Below are positions 23,701-33,922 of a stretch of DNA of 64,000 nucleotides, in pieces (the first letter of the stretch is position 1; each line of letters begins with the position of its first letter). A model generated the notes under the pieces. The model was not told the origin of the DNA and ran no database searches. It saw nothing but the letters and a program-made list of their open reading frames with translations. The translations under genes and the position numbers were made by a program. The DNA lies in the NCBI GenBank assembly GCA_002269645.1, contig NIVC01001733.1, forward strand, positions 1-64,000, given 5' to 3'. Source of the stretch: Macrostomum lignano (Eukaryota).

Positions 23701-26700
23701 TAATGAGCTCGCCCTGCTCCGCTACTCCGCTCCCCATCCTCCGTAGACTCCGGAGACTTTTGCTCACTGGAGAAAACATGAGCTGGAGCTGGGGTTTTCT
23801 CGGCCTTATTAATCATTTTTGTTATTACTCTGTCACAAGACTCAAGCCTTCAGATGAGACAGGGGGGGCGAACTCGAGAAGCGAAATCGAATTTACTGAG
23901 TTGCATCGCACGAATGGTTTATTTATTCACAGTTTTATTGAGTGTTTTGCTTAACTATTACTCACAGTAGACACAAAGCAAAATTAATGCGTTTTGCTAA
24001 AACTGTTTTAGCTACGCCAAGCTGCTTTTGCTGCCTGACCGCCTGAAGAAGAAGACTAAAGTGAAAAAGAACACGGCTAATCCTGTGTTCGACGAGTCGT
24101 TTAAGGTGAGTTCCCTGGTTGCAGTGCTCATTCAGGAGTGCCGCATGGAATTCAAGATAGCTTATAAATGGGCATTGAATTCCTGAGCTCGTTCTCATTC
24201 CCTCTGTCCCTCTTCGTTTTATAATCAGTTTTTGTTCTGGCAAACAAGCAGACCCTGCGTTAAAGACATGACGGAAATACGGGGGATCGGGGGATGCTTT
24301 CTATCTGGGGTATGCTTGCTATCTGGGGGATGCTTGCTATCTGGGGATGCTTGCTATCTGGGGATGCTTGCTATCTGGGGGATGCTTGCTATCTGGGGAT
24401 GCTTGCTATCTGGGGGATGCTTGCTATCTGGGGATGCTTGCTATCTGGGGGGTGCTTGCTATCTGGGTGGATGCTTGCTATCTGGGGGATGCTTGCTATC
24501 TGGGTGGATGCTTGCTATCTGGGGGATGCTTGCTATCTGGGTGGATGCTTGCTATCTGGGGATGCTTGCTATCTGGGTGGATGCTTGCTATCTGGGTGGA
24601 TGCTTGCTATCTGGGTGGATGCTTGCTATCTGGGTGGATGCTTGCTATCTGGGTGGATGCTTGCTATCTGGGGGATGCTTGCTATCTGGTGGATGCTTGC
24701 TATCTGGGTGGATGCTTGCTATCTGGGTGGATGCTTGCTATCTGGGGGATGCTTGCTATCTGGGGGATGCTTGCTATCTGGGTGGATGCTTGCTATCTGG
24801 GGGATGCTTGCTATCTGGGGATGCTTGCTATCTGGGGGATGCTTGCTATCTGGGGGATGCTTGCTATCTGGGTGGATGCTTGCTATCTGGGGGATGCTTG
24901 CTATCTGGGTGGATGCCTGTTGCCTTTGTGAAACCTTTATTTTTGTGTACTTTTGTTACTTTTAGAAAAAGAGATTCATAACAAACGCCTTTGTCCATGA
25001 CAATTTTACTCGAATAAGGTGATTTATGAAACCGAAGAAGGAATCGGTTCTTAAGAAAAAGTGCTTTTTAATGGATTTGCTTGAATAATTTTTGCTACTT
25101 GCTTATTGGGCGCCCCAAAGGGGGGCACTAGATTGCTAGCACTGTTTCTCATAGTGAATTGTCCGTCTACCTGGATGGAGTGCATTCGTCTGGAGCAACT
25201 TTGTCTATGGCAAAACTCCATTTAGCCCCATTCCTTATAGCTTTTTCTAAGATATGTTTGCCAAAGTAATGGAGCTTTTGTCTGTGGTATCAAGGCGTAT
25301 CTAACACAGACAAAAAACGTATCTTGCATTAAATTCAATGCGCGTAGGCCCAAATGGGCTGCAAAAAGCTATATTTTATATTGTTATTACTTTCATCCAA
25401 TGCTCTCTGCGGCCTTCCAGTTCCCCGCGCCGACTTCGCCGCGGCCGGCCAGCCGCCAGCTGCTGGTCTCCGTGTGGCAGAGCACCGACTTCCTGCAGTC
25501 GGACCAGCTGCTCGGCGACTGCCGCGTTGACCTCGGCTCGCGGCCGGCTTCGACGCAACCCAGCTGGCACCAGCTGGGCTGCCACTCCAGACGGTCCTCC
25601 AGCAGGAGGCGTCACAGCAGATCAGCGGCGAGCTGGTCGTGGCCGTCAGGCTGGCTGGCGAGGAGCTGCAGGTCCTGGTGAAGGAGGCGCTCGGCTTGGC
25701 GAGCTTCCGGCCAGCGATGGAGCCGTTTGTGAAACTGTAAGAGGAACTGAAACCTGCGCTGCTGAAATACCCGATAATTCCCGGAAATTCTCCCACTCTC
25801 AGCATCTGCAATCTGGGGCCGACCGAGCGCCATCTCCATCGCGAAGGTGTCCGGTGGCCACAGTATTTTTGGACTTGTCGAGCGGTCCATGAGGACCAAT
25901 CCCCTCCATGAGGACCAATCCCCTCCATGAGGACTAACCCCTCCATGAGGACCAATCCCCTCCATGAGGACCAACCCCCTCCATGAAGACCAACCCTCTC
26001 CATGAGGACCAACCACCTCCATGAGGACCAACCCCCTCCATGACCAATTCCCTTACATGAGGACCAACCCCCTCCATGAAGACCAATCCCCTCCATGAGG
26101 ACCAACCCCCTCCATGAGGACCAATCCCCTCCATGAGGACTAATCCCCTACATGAGGACCAACCCTCTCCATGAGGACCATTGACCAACCCCCTCCATGA
26201 AGACCAATCCGCTCCATGACCGATCCCCTCCATGACCAACCACCTCCATGACCAATTCCCTTCCATGAGGACCAACCCCCTCCATGAAGACCAATCCGCT
26301 CCATGACCGATCCCCTCCATGACCAACCACCTCCATGACCAATTCCTTTCCATGAGGACCAATCCCCTCCATGAGGACCAACCCTCTCCATGAGGACCAA
26401 CCACCTCCATGAGGACCAACCCCCTCCATGACCAATTCCCTTACATGAGGACCAACCCCCTCCATGAAGACCAATCCCCTCCATGAGGACCAACCCCCTC
26501 CATGAGGACCAATCCCCTCCATGAGGACCAACCCCCTCCATGAGGACTAACCCCTCCATGAGGACCAACCACCTCCATGAGGACCAACCCCCTCCATGAC
26601 CAATTCCCTTACATGAGGACCAACCCCCTCCATGAAGACCAATCCCCTCCATGAGGACCAACCCCCTCCATGAGGACCAATCCCCTCCATGAGGACTAAT

Positions 26701-28687
26701 CCCCTACATGAGGACCAACCCTCTCCATGAGGACCATTGACCAACCCCCTCCATGAAGACCAATCCGCTCCATGACCAATCCCCTCCATGACCAACCACC
26801 TCCATGACCAATTCCCTTCCATGAGGACCAACCCCCTCCATGAAGACCAATCCGCTCCATGACCGATCCCCTCCATGACCAACCACCTCCATGACCAATT
26901 CCTTTCCATGAGGACCAATCCCCTCCATGAGGACCAATCCCCTCCATGAGGACTAACCCCTCCATGAGGACCAATCCCCTTCATGAGGACCAACCCCCTC
27001 CATGAAGACCAACCCTCTCCATGAGGACCAACCACCTCCATGAGGACTAACCCCTCCATGAGGACCAATCCCCTTCATGAGGACCAACCCCCTCCATGAA
27101 GACCAACCCTCTCCATGAGGACCAACCACCTCCATGAGGACCAAACCCCTCCATGACCAATTCCCTTACATGAGGACCAACCCCCTCCATGAAGACCAAT
27201 CCCCTCCATGAGGACCAACCCCCTCCATGAGGACCAATCCCCTCCATGAGGACCAATCCCCTACATGAGGACCAACCCTCTCCATGAGGACCATTGACCA
27301 ACCCCCTCCATGAAGACCAATCCGCTCCATGACCGATCCCCTCCATGACCAACCACCTCCATGACCAATTCCCTTCCATGAGGACCAATCCCCTCCATGA
27401 GGACCAATCCCCTTCATGAGGACCAATTTCCATTCATGAGGACCAATCCCCTCCATGAGGACCAATTTCCATTCATGAGGACCAATCCCCTCCATGAGGA
27501 CCAATCCCCTCCATGAGGACCAATCCCCTCCATGAGGACTAACCCCTCCATGAGGACCAATCCCCTTCATGAGGACCAACCCCCTCCATGAAGACCAACC
27601 CTCTCCATGAGGACCAACCACCTCCATGAGGACCAAACCCCTCCATGACCAATTCCCTTACATGAGGACCAACCCCCTCCATGAAGACCAATCCCCTCCA
27701 TGAGGACCAACCCCCTCCATGAGGACCAATCCCCTCCATGAGGACCAATCCCCTACATGAGGACCAACCCTCTCCATGAGGACCATTGACCAACCCCCTC
27801 CATGAAGACCAATCCGCTCCATGACCGATCCCCTCCATGACCAACCACCTCCATGACCAATTCCCTTCCATGAGGACCAATCCCCTCCATGAGGACCAAT
27901 CCCCTTCATGAGGACCAATTTCCATTCATGAGGACCAATCCCCTCCATGAGGACCAATTTCCATTCATGAGGACCAATCCCCTCCATGAGGACCAATCCC
28001 CTCCATGAGGACCAATCCCCTCCATGAGGACCAATCCCCTCCATGAGGACCAATCCCCTCCATGAGGACCAATCCCCTCCATGAGGACCAATCCCCTTCA
28101 TGAGGACCAATTTCCATTCATGAGGACCCATCCCCTCCATGAGGACCAACCCCCAGAGCACAGAATTTGAAGGCTCTTGAAGATTAAAAATTCAGGGCCG
28201 CCGCACACCCTGCGTGCCGCCTGTGGGAATTGCAGCATGCGTGCTTTGTGGATTTTGGACAGTGCATGAAGGTCCCCTTGCAAACCAATTGTCCGATTTC
28301 TCCCCTTCCTCTCTTATCCTCGAATCCCCCCAACTCCCTCCCAGCTACCTGCTGCCGGACCGCAGCAAGCGCGGCAAGCGCAAGACCACAACGGCGCCGA
28401 TTCGTGGCGCCGGCGCCGGTGCCAGCGGCGTCTCCGCCAAGTGGAGCGCCGCGCTAAAATTCGATGGGGTCGACGCCGACAGCCTGGCAGCTCGCGGCCT
28501 CGAGTTCAGCGTCTGGGACGGATCGGGACCTGGTAGCCTGGGCCACCTGGGCCACCTGGGCTACCGGCAGTACCTGGGTGGGGCGCTGCTGTCCGAGCTC
28601 GGATCGCTGGTGGCCGGTGGCGGCTGGGCGGAGGCGCGGCTGCAGCTGAGGGACCTTCGGCAGCAGCGAGCGCCGGCTGCGGAGTGA
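5245..28687 (+). CDS. SYTL4/5-like: Synaptotagmin-like protein (Rab27-effector type: SHD + Zn finger, giant acidic linker, C2A, C2B); 10 coding exons 5245-5393, 5493-5711, 6138-6276, 6444-6740, 6927-7001, 7408-15920, 16602-18488, 24012-24105, 25421-25736, 28345-28687
   Basis: All nine introns are GT-AG and phase-compatible at the junctions. SHD1 FLTDQEKETVVEVLQRNEKIRKHEADRKRRLQQEL; Zn finger CPRC...CFLCRLSVCKSC...CLCSVC; SHD2-like LYESKIGNWMN; C2A GEIRLSV...LTVHVIECRGL...YAKLLLLPD...KKTKVKKNTANPVFDE; C2B GELVVAVRL...PFVKLYLLPDRSKRGKRKT. Internal frameshifts in exons 2 (two, compensating), 3, 6 (about 13540 and about 14660) and 9. Confidence 0.88.
7408..15920 (+). CDS. Slp exon 6: 8.5-kb giant exon encoding an acidic, internally repeated linker
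   Basis: Acceptor TTCCAG ends 7407 in phase 1, matching exon 5; ORFs 7272-13541, 13538-14725 and 14638-15924 are joined by two frameshifts; donor AG|GTAAAT at 15921 in phase 2, matching exon 7. Confidence 0.75.
9200..13030 (+). repeat. Coding tandem repeat: 339-bp (113-aa) unit A with HLH(C/S)LECLLDCGDL (9 copies) interleaved with a roughly 560-bp unit B
   Basis: Motif copies near 9249, 9597, 10472, 10812, 11151, 11490, 11829, 12636 and 12969 (exact 339-bp spacing 10812-11829). Unit B (EESNEPLDSDVDLKLLGG...SRLEQLASALSVD) at about 9852 and about 12021, with diverged copies near 8650 and 7770. Confidence 0.95.
16602..18488 (+). CDS. Slp exon 7: low-complexity linker and start of C2A
   Basis: Inside ORF 16543-18492; tandem acceptor CAGCAG 16599-16604; ends GEIRLSVSPAAGGALTVHVIECRGLRVGDARKSRTD; donor GTGAGC 18489. 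Confidence 0.85.
19000..20484. repeat. 45-bp minisatellite, about 33 copies, in Slp intron 7
   Basis: Unit GGCTTCTC(A/G)TGTGAGCCTGGCCAGGGAGTTT(CAGAT/TAGAG)GGAGAATCT; lines 20041, 20221 and 20401 are identical, giving a 180-bp higher-order period. Confidence 0.97.
21113..21566. repeat. 41-bp minisatellite, about 11 copies
   Basis: Unit GGCTAGATTAGCAATCC(C/A)CTCTATT(A/C)TGTTTATGATTGATT. Confidence 0.95.
21600..23093. repeat. 26-bp minisatellite, about 57 copies
   Basis: Unit GGCGCATCTATCAGAGAAAACCC(C/T)AA. Confidence 0.97.
24012..24105 (+). CDS. Slp exon 8: C2A core (absent from the ORF track)
   Basis: TTTTAG|C TAC GCC AAG... translates (S)YAKLLLLPDRLKKKTKVKKNTANPVFDESFK|GTGAGT; phases match both neighbours. 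Confidence 0.9.
24290..24917. repeat. 17-19-bp G-tract minisatellite in Slp intron 8
   Basis: Unit ATGCTTGCTATCT followed by GGGG, GGGGG or GGGTGG. Confidence 0.95.
25421..25736 (+). CDS. Slp exon 9: end of C2A and start of C2B
   Basis: CCTTCCAG|FPAPTS...LLVSVWQSTDFLQSDQLLGDCRVDL...SWHQLG, one frameshift near 25580, then PLQTVLQQEASQQISGELVVAVRLAGEELQVLVKEALGL...PFVK|GTAAGA. Confidence 0.85.
25886..28152. repeat. About 20-bp C-rich minisatellite with higher-order repeats in Slp intron 9
   Basis: Unit about CCATGAGGACCAA(T/C)CCCCT; the landmark variant CCATTGACCAACC recurs at about 26178, 26734, 27291 and 27783. Confidence 0.95.
28345..28687 (+). CDS. Slp exon 10: C2B and stop
   Basis: CCTCCCAG|C TAC CTG CTG CCG GAC: YLLPDRSKRGKRKT...GLEFSVWDG...YLGGALL...* at 28687. 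Confidence 0.9.
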
Positions 28688-29601
28688 CATTGTGGAATTT
28701 TTCAAGTTAATAAGAATGCGCGCTTAGCCTGAGTATTTTACCCTCATTCAGTACTTGAGAGTCGGTACTTCCCAAGGTTGTACAAGTATTACATTGTCTA
28801 CGAGTACTTTTGTTCTTCCTGAGTGGCTGCTGTAATTGCCTGCGGGTTCATGAAAGGTCTTCACCCTCAGTTCCCTAATAGCTCTGCTCACCTGAGTCTT
28901 GATTTTGACATCAGGCATAAATTGACAGCAGCGCATAACTTTGCGTTGCTCATTATAGTTACCTGTCTTTACTGAGCGCTAGAAAATGGACTAAACAATA
29001 CTCGCGATTGCTCACTTTTCATACATAATGAATTTAACCTGGCTGCATGCAACTTGCATGTTTTTAATCTTCCTTCCCCCCCGGCAAAGAATATTTTATT
29101 CTGCATTGGCTTCTCCTAATCATGTCTCTATTATTTTCTCCGGCTAAAGTTTTTGAGACGCTGTCTGACTCAAATACATGACGTTCAACGCCACTCGTAT
29201 TAATTAGCATCTTCATCAAGAGAATTTGAATCTTTTTAGGTCCGAGCTTGCCAGTTAAATCTCTTTTTTTTACTTCAACCTAAGGGATCGGAGATTCCAA
29301 TGAATTCCAATGCATTCAACGCAGTTTAAACTCGGGTCTCAAGCAGCCGCATAGCTCAGCATCCTGGGGTGCCGCACCGGCCGCTTCCTGTGCGCTGTTC
29401 CGCCAACAGCGACAAATCGAGACGCGGTGCCGAGAGGCCAGTGAAAGCCCAAAGGAAGTTTGCTCGAATTTACTTCGCAATGCGAATGCTTTCTGGTTGT
29501 GTTTTTGCTAAAGACCAGAGTTCCAATCCGATATAAAGGGACGCCGGTCAGTCCCGAACCCTTCAAGGGCTGTCCCCCACCCCAGCAGTGTTGGCATCCC
29601 G

Positions 29602-31322
29602 ATGGGCAAAAAGTGGTTCCGCAAGTCCAAGCCCAAGCCCAAGCGGAAGGCCGCCGCCGACGGCATCTCCTCTCCGAAGTCCTACGCCGCTTTCAGTAGC
29701 GTCTTCGACGAGTCGCTGCCTTCGGGCTGCAACGAAGCTGATTCCTTAGCTCTATCAAGTCAGCAGCCCTCGCCGCAGCCTCCACCGCTGCCGCCGCCCA
29801 GGCGATGGTCGCGCAGCGAATCGAACGCATCGACCTGTGAGCAGCTTCGGGAGGCGCTGCACGCCAGGCTCACGACCATCTCGTCGGTGTCCTCCGCCGA
29901 CGAGCAACAGTCTACGGCCTCTTCCTCATCCTCTTCAACGTCATCTTCTTCTAGCAGTTCCTCGTCATCCTCATCATCTTCTTCCAGCAGTTCTTCGACT
30001 TCGTCCAGCAGTTCTTCATCGTCTTCTTCGAGCAGTTCTTCTTCCTCCTCCCGCACGGGCAGTCGTCGCAGCCGCAGCCTGGGCACGATTCACGAGGACA
30101 GCCGGTGCGCCTACTTCACTAACGATGGGTGCCACTCTGCATCAACTGGAGAGCAGCTGGACAGATCGATGGCATCCAGGTCCTGGGAGTTCAGCCACTC
30201 ATTCAGCTCAGGCAGCGGCGCCGACTCGTCAGACTACTGCGCTCCGGTGCAGACCAAGCAGCGCCCCAACGAGAGCAACTGCTCAGAAACTGAAGCCCAT
30301 AGCCCCTGCCTGCACGATGAAACCTGCACAGTTGCCAAACAGAGGACGTCTGGCAGTAAAACGGCCAAGAGCTACAGCAACAACTTGGTGCAGAGCTGCG
30401 CTTCACATCCAGAAGATGCGCAGTGCCCCGCTGCGCAACTGAAATGCAAACCCACTGGCACATGTATGTCACCAATGCAACAAGTTGTGACTTTTTTCAT
30501 ATTTTAAATAGCCAATGAAAGCCAACAAACCACCACTATTCTTTTAGCGCCTTGTACCCAGAAGCCGAAAGCTTTGCATTCAACTTGTCAACAACCGAAA
30601 GTTTGCCGGGAAAAATCTGCTGATCGATATGAAACTGTTCGGTCTTCGGCAACGGACTGCGAAGCTACAAATCCGTGTACTGTTCAACAGTGTGAGCTTT
30701 TGCGCTATCATTTTTTAATGTCCTTGAACTTACAAATTTGCTTCAGGATGAACATGGCATCAGGAATTTTGTAGGCATCGAGAGTGAGTACACCAGACTG
30801 CCGTGTCAGACCTTCAAGTATCGTTCATTCGTCCCAGGAAGTACTTCAAAAGAGATCTCAAGACCGCCATGTCAGACGTTCAGGGATTATCAAACTTTAG
30901 ACGGAAGCACCACTTCAACATCATCTTCATCGGCGGACTGCAGTATCTCCCGCGACAGAACAAAAGATCATCTGCAGTCCACTCGGAAGCCAGCGTCGCT
31001 GAAACGCAGAGACTCCAGCAGGGCTGGCGCCTGCGCAAGCGTGCACAAGAGTCGCCACCGAGGCGCAGCCTGTGCCCGAGTCCGCCAGTGCCAACAGCCG
31101 CACCAGCAAGAGCTGCAGACCTTGCGCAAGGGCCGCCATGCCGGCTGTCAGCACCAGCCGAGCATGGCCTGGAAGCTCAGCCAGGACAAGGCGGGCCGCC
31201 CAACCTTCGTCAGTTGGCACAAGATGCCGGCTGGGAGCGACCTCAGCCGGCACGACCCCATCGCTCTGCACAGGTGCCTCATGCATAGGGAGTTCGGAAG
31301 CAGCTGCAACCTGCGCTGCTGA
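29602..31322 (+). CDS. Uncharacterised protein, about 517 aa, 3 exons (29602-30463, 30548-30691, 30775-31322); MGKKWFRK N-terminus, poly-Ser tract, Cys/His-rich C-terminal half
   Basis: Introns GTATGT...TTTTAG (84 bp) and GTGAGC...TTGTAG (83 bp), both phase 1, join ORFs 29602-30507, 30574-30774 and 30738-31322 into one uninterrupted 1554-nt frame. Confidence 0.7.
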
Positions 31323-31919
31323 AATAATTAACAGTTAGCCACCAATCGGAGCCTCTGATTCCTAGCTTTAAATCCGAGCTCACGGCAACAACCCGTCTAA
31401 AATGACCAGAAATCGTCTTGAATCTTTAATAGAGTTTTTATATTTCAAAAGTACTTGCTTATCCCCGCTCTGCTGTCTTCCAGTACAACTTATTCCAGAG
31501 CAGTTCTGGCCTAAATATTACCAACCAGTCAATAACTACGCGGAACCGATTTCAAACCAGCCACCTCACAATGCACTAAAAATTCAACTGGCTGCTCAAA
31601 CTGGAGCAGCTAGCAACGGCCACGAAAGCGTATTAATCTAGAAATTTAATCCGCATAGTCAATCTAAAGCGCTTCTATTCTTTAGAAATCACGCATTGTA
31701 GCCGATTTAAAAGGCTATTTTTATCTCAATAAATTCGGCACGTTTAAAATATGATTTACAGCGCTTTTTCGAATAGCAATTTCAAACAAAAGCTTAGAAT
31801 TTTTTATTTCTCCAATCCTGTTTCATTATTTGCCCGCAATGTTTTTGAAAACCATTTTAGGAAGCATTTAGCTTGGATAAAAATTGTAAAAACAGTCACG
31901 AAGGCATATAGACACAACG

Positions 31920-32190
31920 AAGTCATAGAAACAGCACCTATAGACACATCAAAGCCATAGAAACAGCACAGCCATAGACAGCACAGCCATAGACACAGAC
32001 ACAGCCATAGACACAGACACAGCCATAGACACATCACAGCCATAGACACATCACAGCCATAGACACAGACACAGCCATAGACACATCACAGCCATAGACA
32101 CAGACACAGCCATAGACACAGCACAATCATAGACACATCACAGCTAAAGACACGAACACAGCCAAAGACACAGCACGGCCATAGACACAG
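31920..32190. repeat. 17-18-bp minisatellite
   Basis: Core ACAGCCATAGACAC with variable spacer. Confidence 0.9.
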
Positions 32191-33227
32191 CAAGACTAAT
32201 TTGACAAAGATTAAAATGGACACCAGAACTTACATGGAGTTGAGCTTCATATAGCTTTTATCTAAGCCTGCAAGCTTCAAGCAAGAAACCAGCTGTTGAA
32301 CTGGGCAGGGAATTTGGGGTTTGAAGTTTTTGTTTTTGCGATAACAAATTTGGTCCATATTTGGACGCTGGTGGGGCATTCGAAGGTTGCGTGAGATTCT
32401 CCCACCCACGCACAGTTGCTTTCATGCAGCAATGCCGATGGCTGTTGGAGTCGACTCGTGACTAAAATTGGTGAGTAATTTGATTATCATACGAGCTCTG
32501 CCAGCTGGCAAACAGTTTCTCAGCCTTTCTGAGTTCAACTCGGCCTAAAAAAGCTGATGACAGTTGCCAGGGTGTCAGGATTTAAGAGTGTCAAGGTGTC
32601 AGGCTTTCAGGGTCAGTTTTTCAAGGTCAAATTGTGAGTCGCTCCGATGCATTTGAGTTTTGGTTCTTGGCCCGATATGGAAATGCAAGACAGCCGGTGT
32701 GCAACTCGTATGTGCAGTATCGAGAGGACCTGATATCGAAAGGGCGACAAGATGATATTTTTCTGCAAAGGAAAACATGTATAAGAGTTTTTACGATACC
32801 AGGAAAGTCTAGCACAATTACCTGGTTCCTGACCATCTGTGTAATGATTTTATAGGATTTTGGGGACAAGCAGAAGATGCAGTGGAAAAAAACATTTTTC
32901 AGGAGAATTAAACAATTTTGTGAGCCTAACAGAAGACAAAAGATGAGCTTTCATAGTCAGTCACAGCAATAAGTAGCTCGGAAAATGACTCTTAATCAAA
33001 TCGAAATTCAGATTGACTGCCTCAACTGATGATTAAAACCTGCGCACTTAACGATGTTTTGTTAATCTCGTTAATTAGAAATATTGCTAGCCCATTTCAA
33101 GGCGAAATAAATTATTCGAATTGTACCGATTCTGAAACTCTATTTTTCTATAATAAACAGAATTAAAGAGAGAATCTACTGGGTTAACAGGAAGCGAAAT
33201 TAGCAAGTGGTTGGCGTTCCTGAAAGG

Positions 33228-33617
33228 AGCTGGATGAATGACCAGGGGGCCTGAAGGGAGCTGGATGAGTGACCAGGGGGCCTGAAGGGAGCTAGATGAG
33301 TGACCAGGGGGCCTGAAGGGAGCTGGATGAGTGACCACGGGCCTGAAGGGAGCTGGATGAGTGACCAGGGGGCATGAAAGGCGCTGGATGAGTGACCAGG
33401 GGCCTGAAGGGAGCTGGATGAGTGACCAAGGTCCCTGAATGAGTGACCAGGATGAGTGACCAGGGGGCATGAAAGGCGCTGGATGAGTGACCAAGGTCCC
33501 TGAAGGGAGCTGGATGAGTGACCAGGGGGCATGAAAGGCGCTGGATGAGTGACCAAGGTCCCTGAAGGGAGCTGGATGAGTGAACAGGGGCCTGAAGGGA
33601 GCTGGACGAGTGACCTG
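33228..33617. repeat. 31-bp minisatellite, about 12 copies
   Basis: Unit GAGTGACCAGGGGGCCTGAAGGGAGCTGGAT. Confidence 0.92.
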
Positions 33618-33922
33618 AAAGATCGAGCTAAATGGGTGCTGAACGAAGTGAAACTGTTCCAGTGAACTGTTCCAGTGAACTGTTGAGTTTAACACGAAGT
33701 CCCAAACGGACTGAAAAGCTGTTCGTATTAATAAAAATAAACTGATGCGAATGAACATTTCTAGGAAATCAATGGCGCTTCTCTTTGCCATCTGCGCCCG
33801 GGACTCCTTAAGCGGTTACACTGGGCAATCTCGAAAACTTGACGATGTAAAGAATTTACAAGCGTACAAAGATTCAGAGTAAGAGCTTAGTCTTAGTCTG
33901 TCCGACTCGAACATTCGAATGC

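Noticed and set aside
24232-28161. Many overlapping ORFs such as MLAIWG..., GGCLLSG..., MEGIGPHGG...
   Set aside because: All are read-throughs of the 18- and 20-bp intronic arrays.
29760-30086. Minus-strand poly-Glu/Asp ORF
   Set aside because: Mirror of the poly-Ser tract in the plus-strand gene, which has consistent splice sites.
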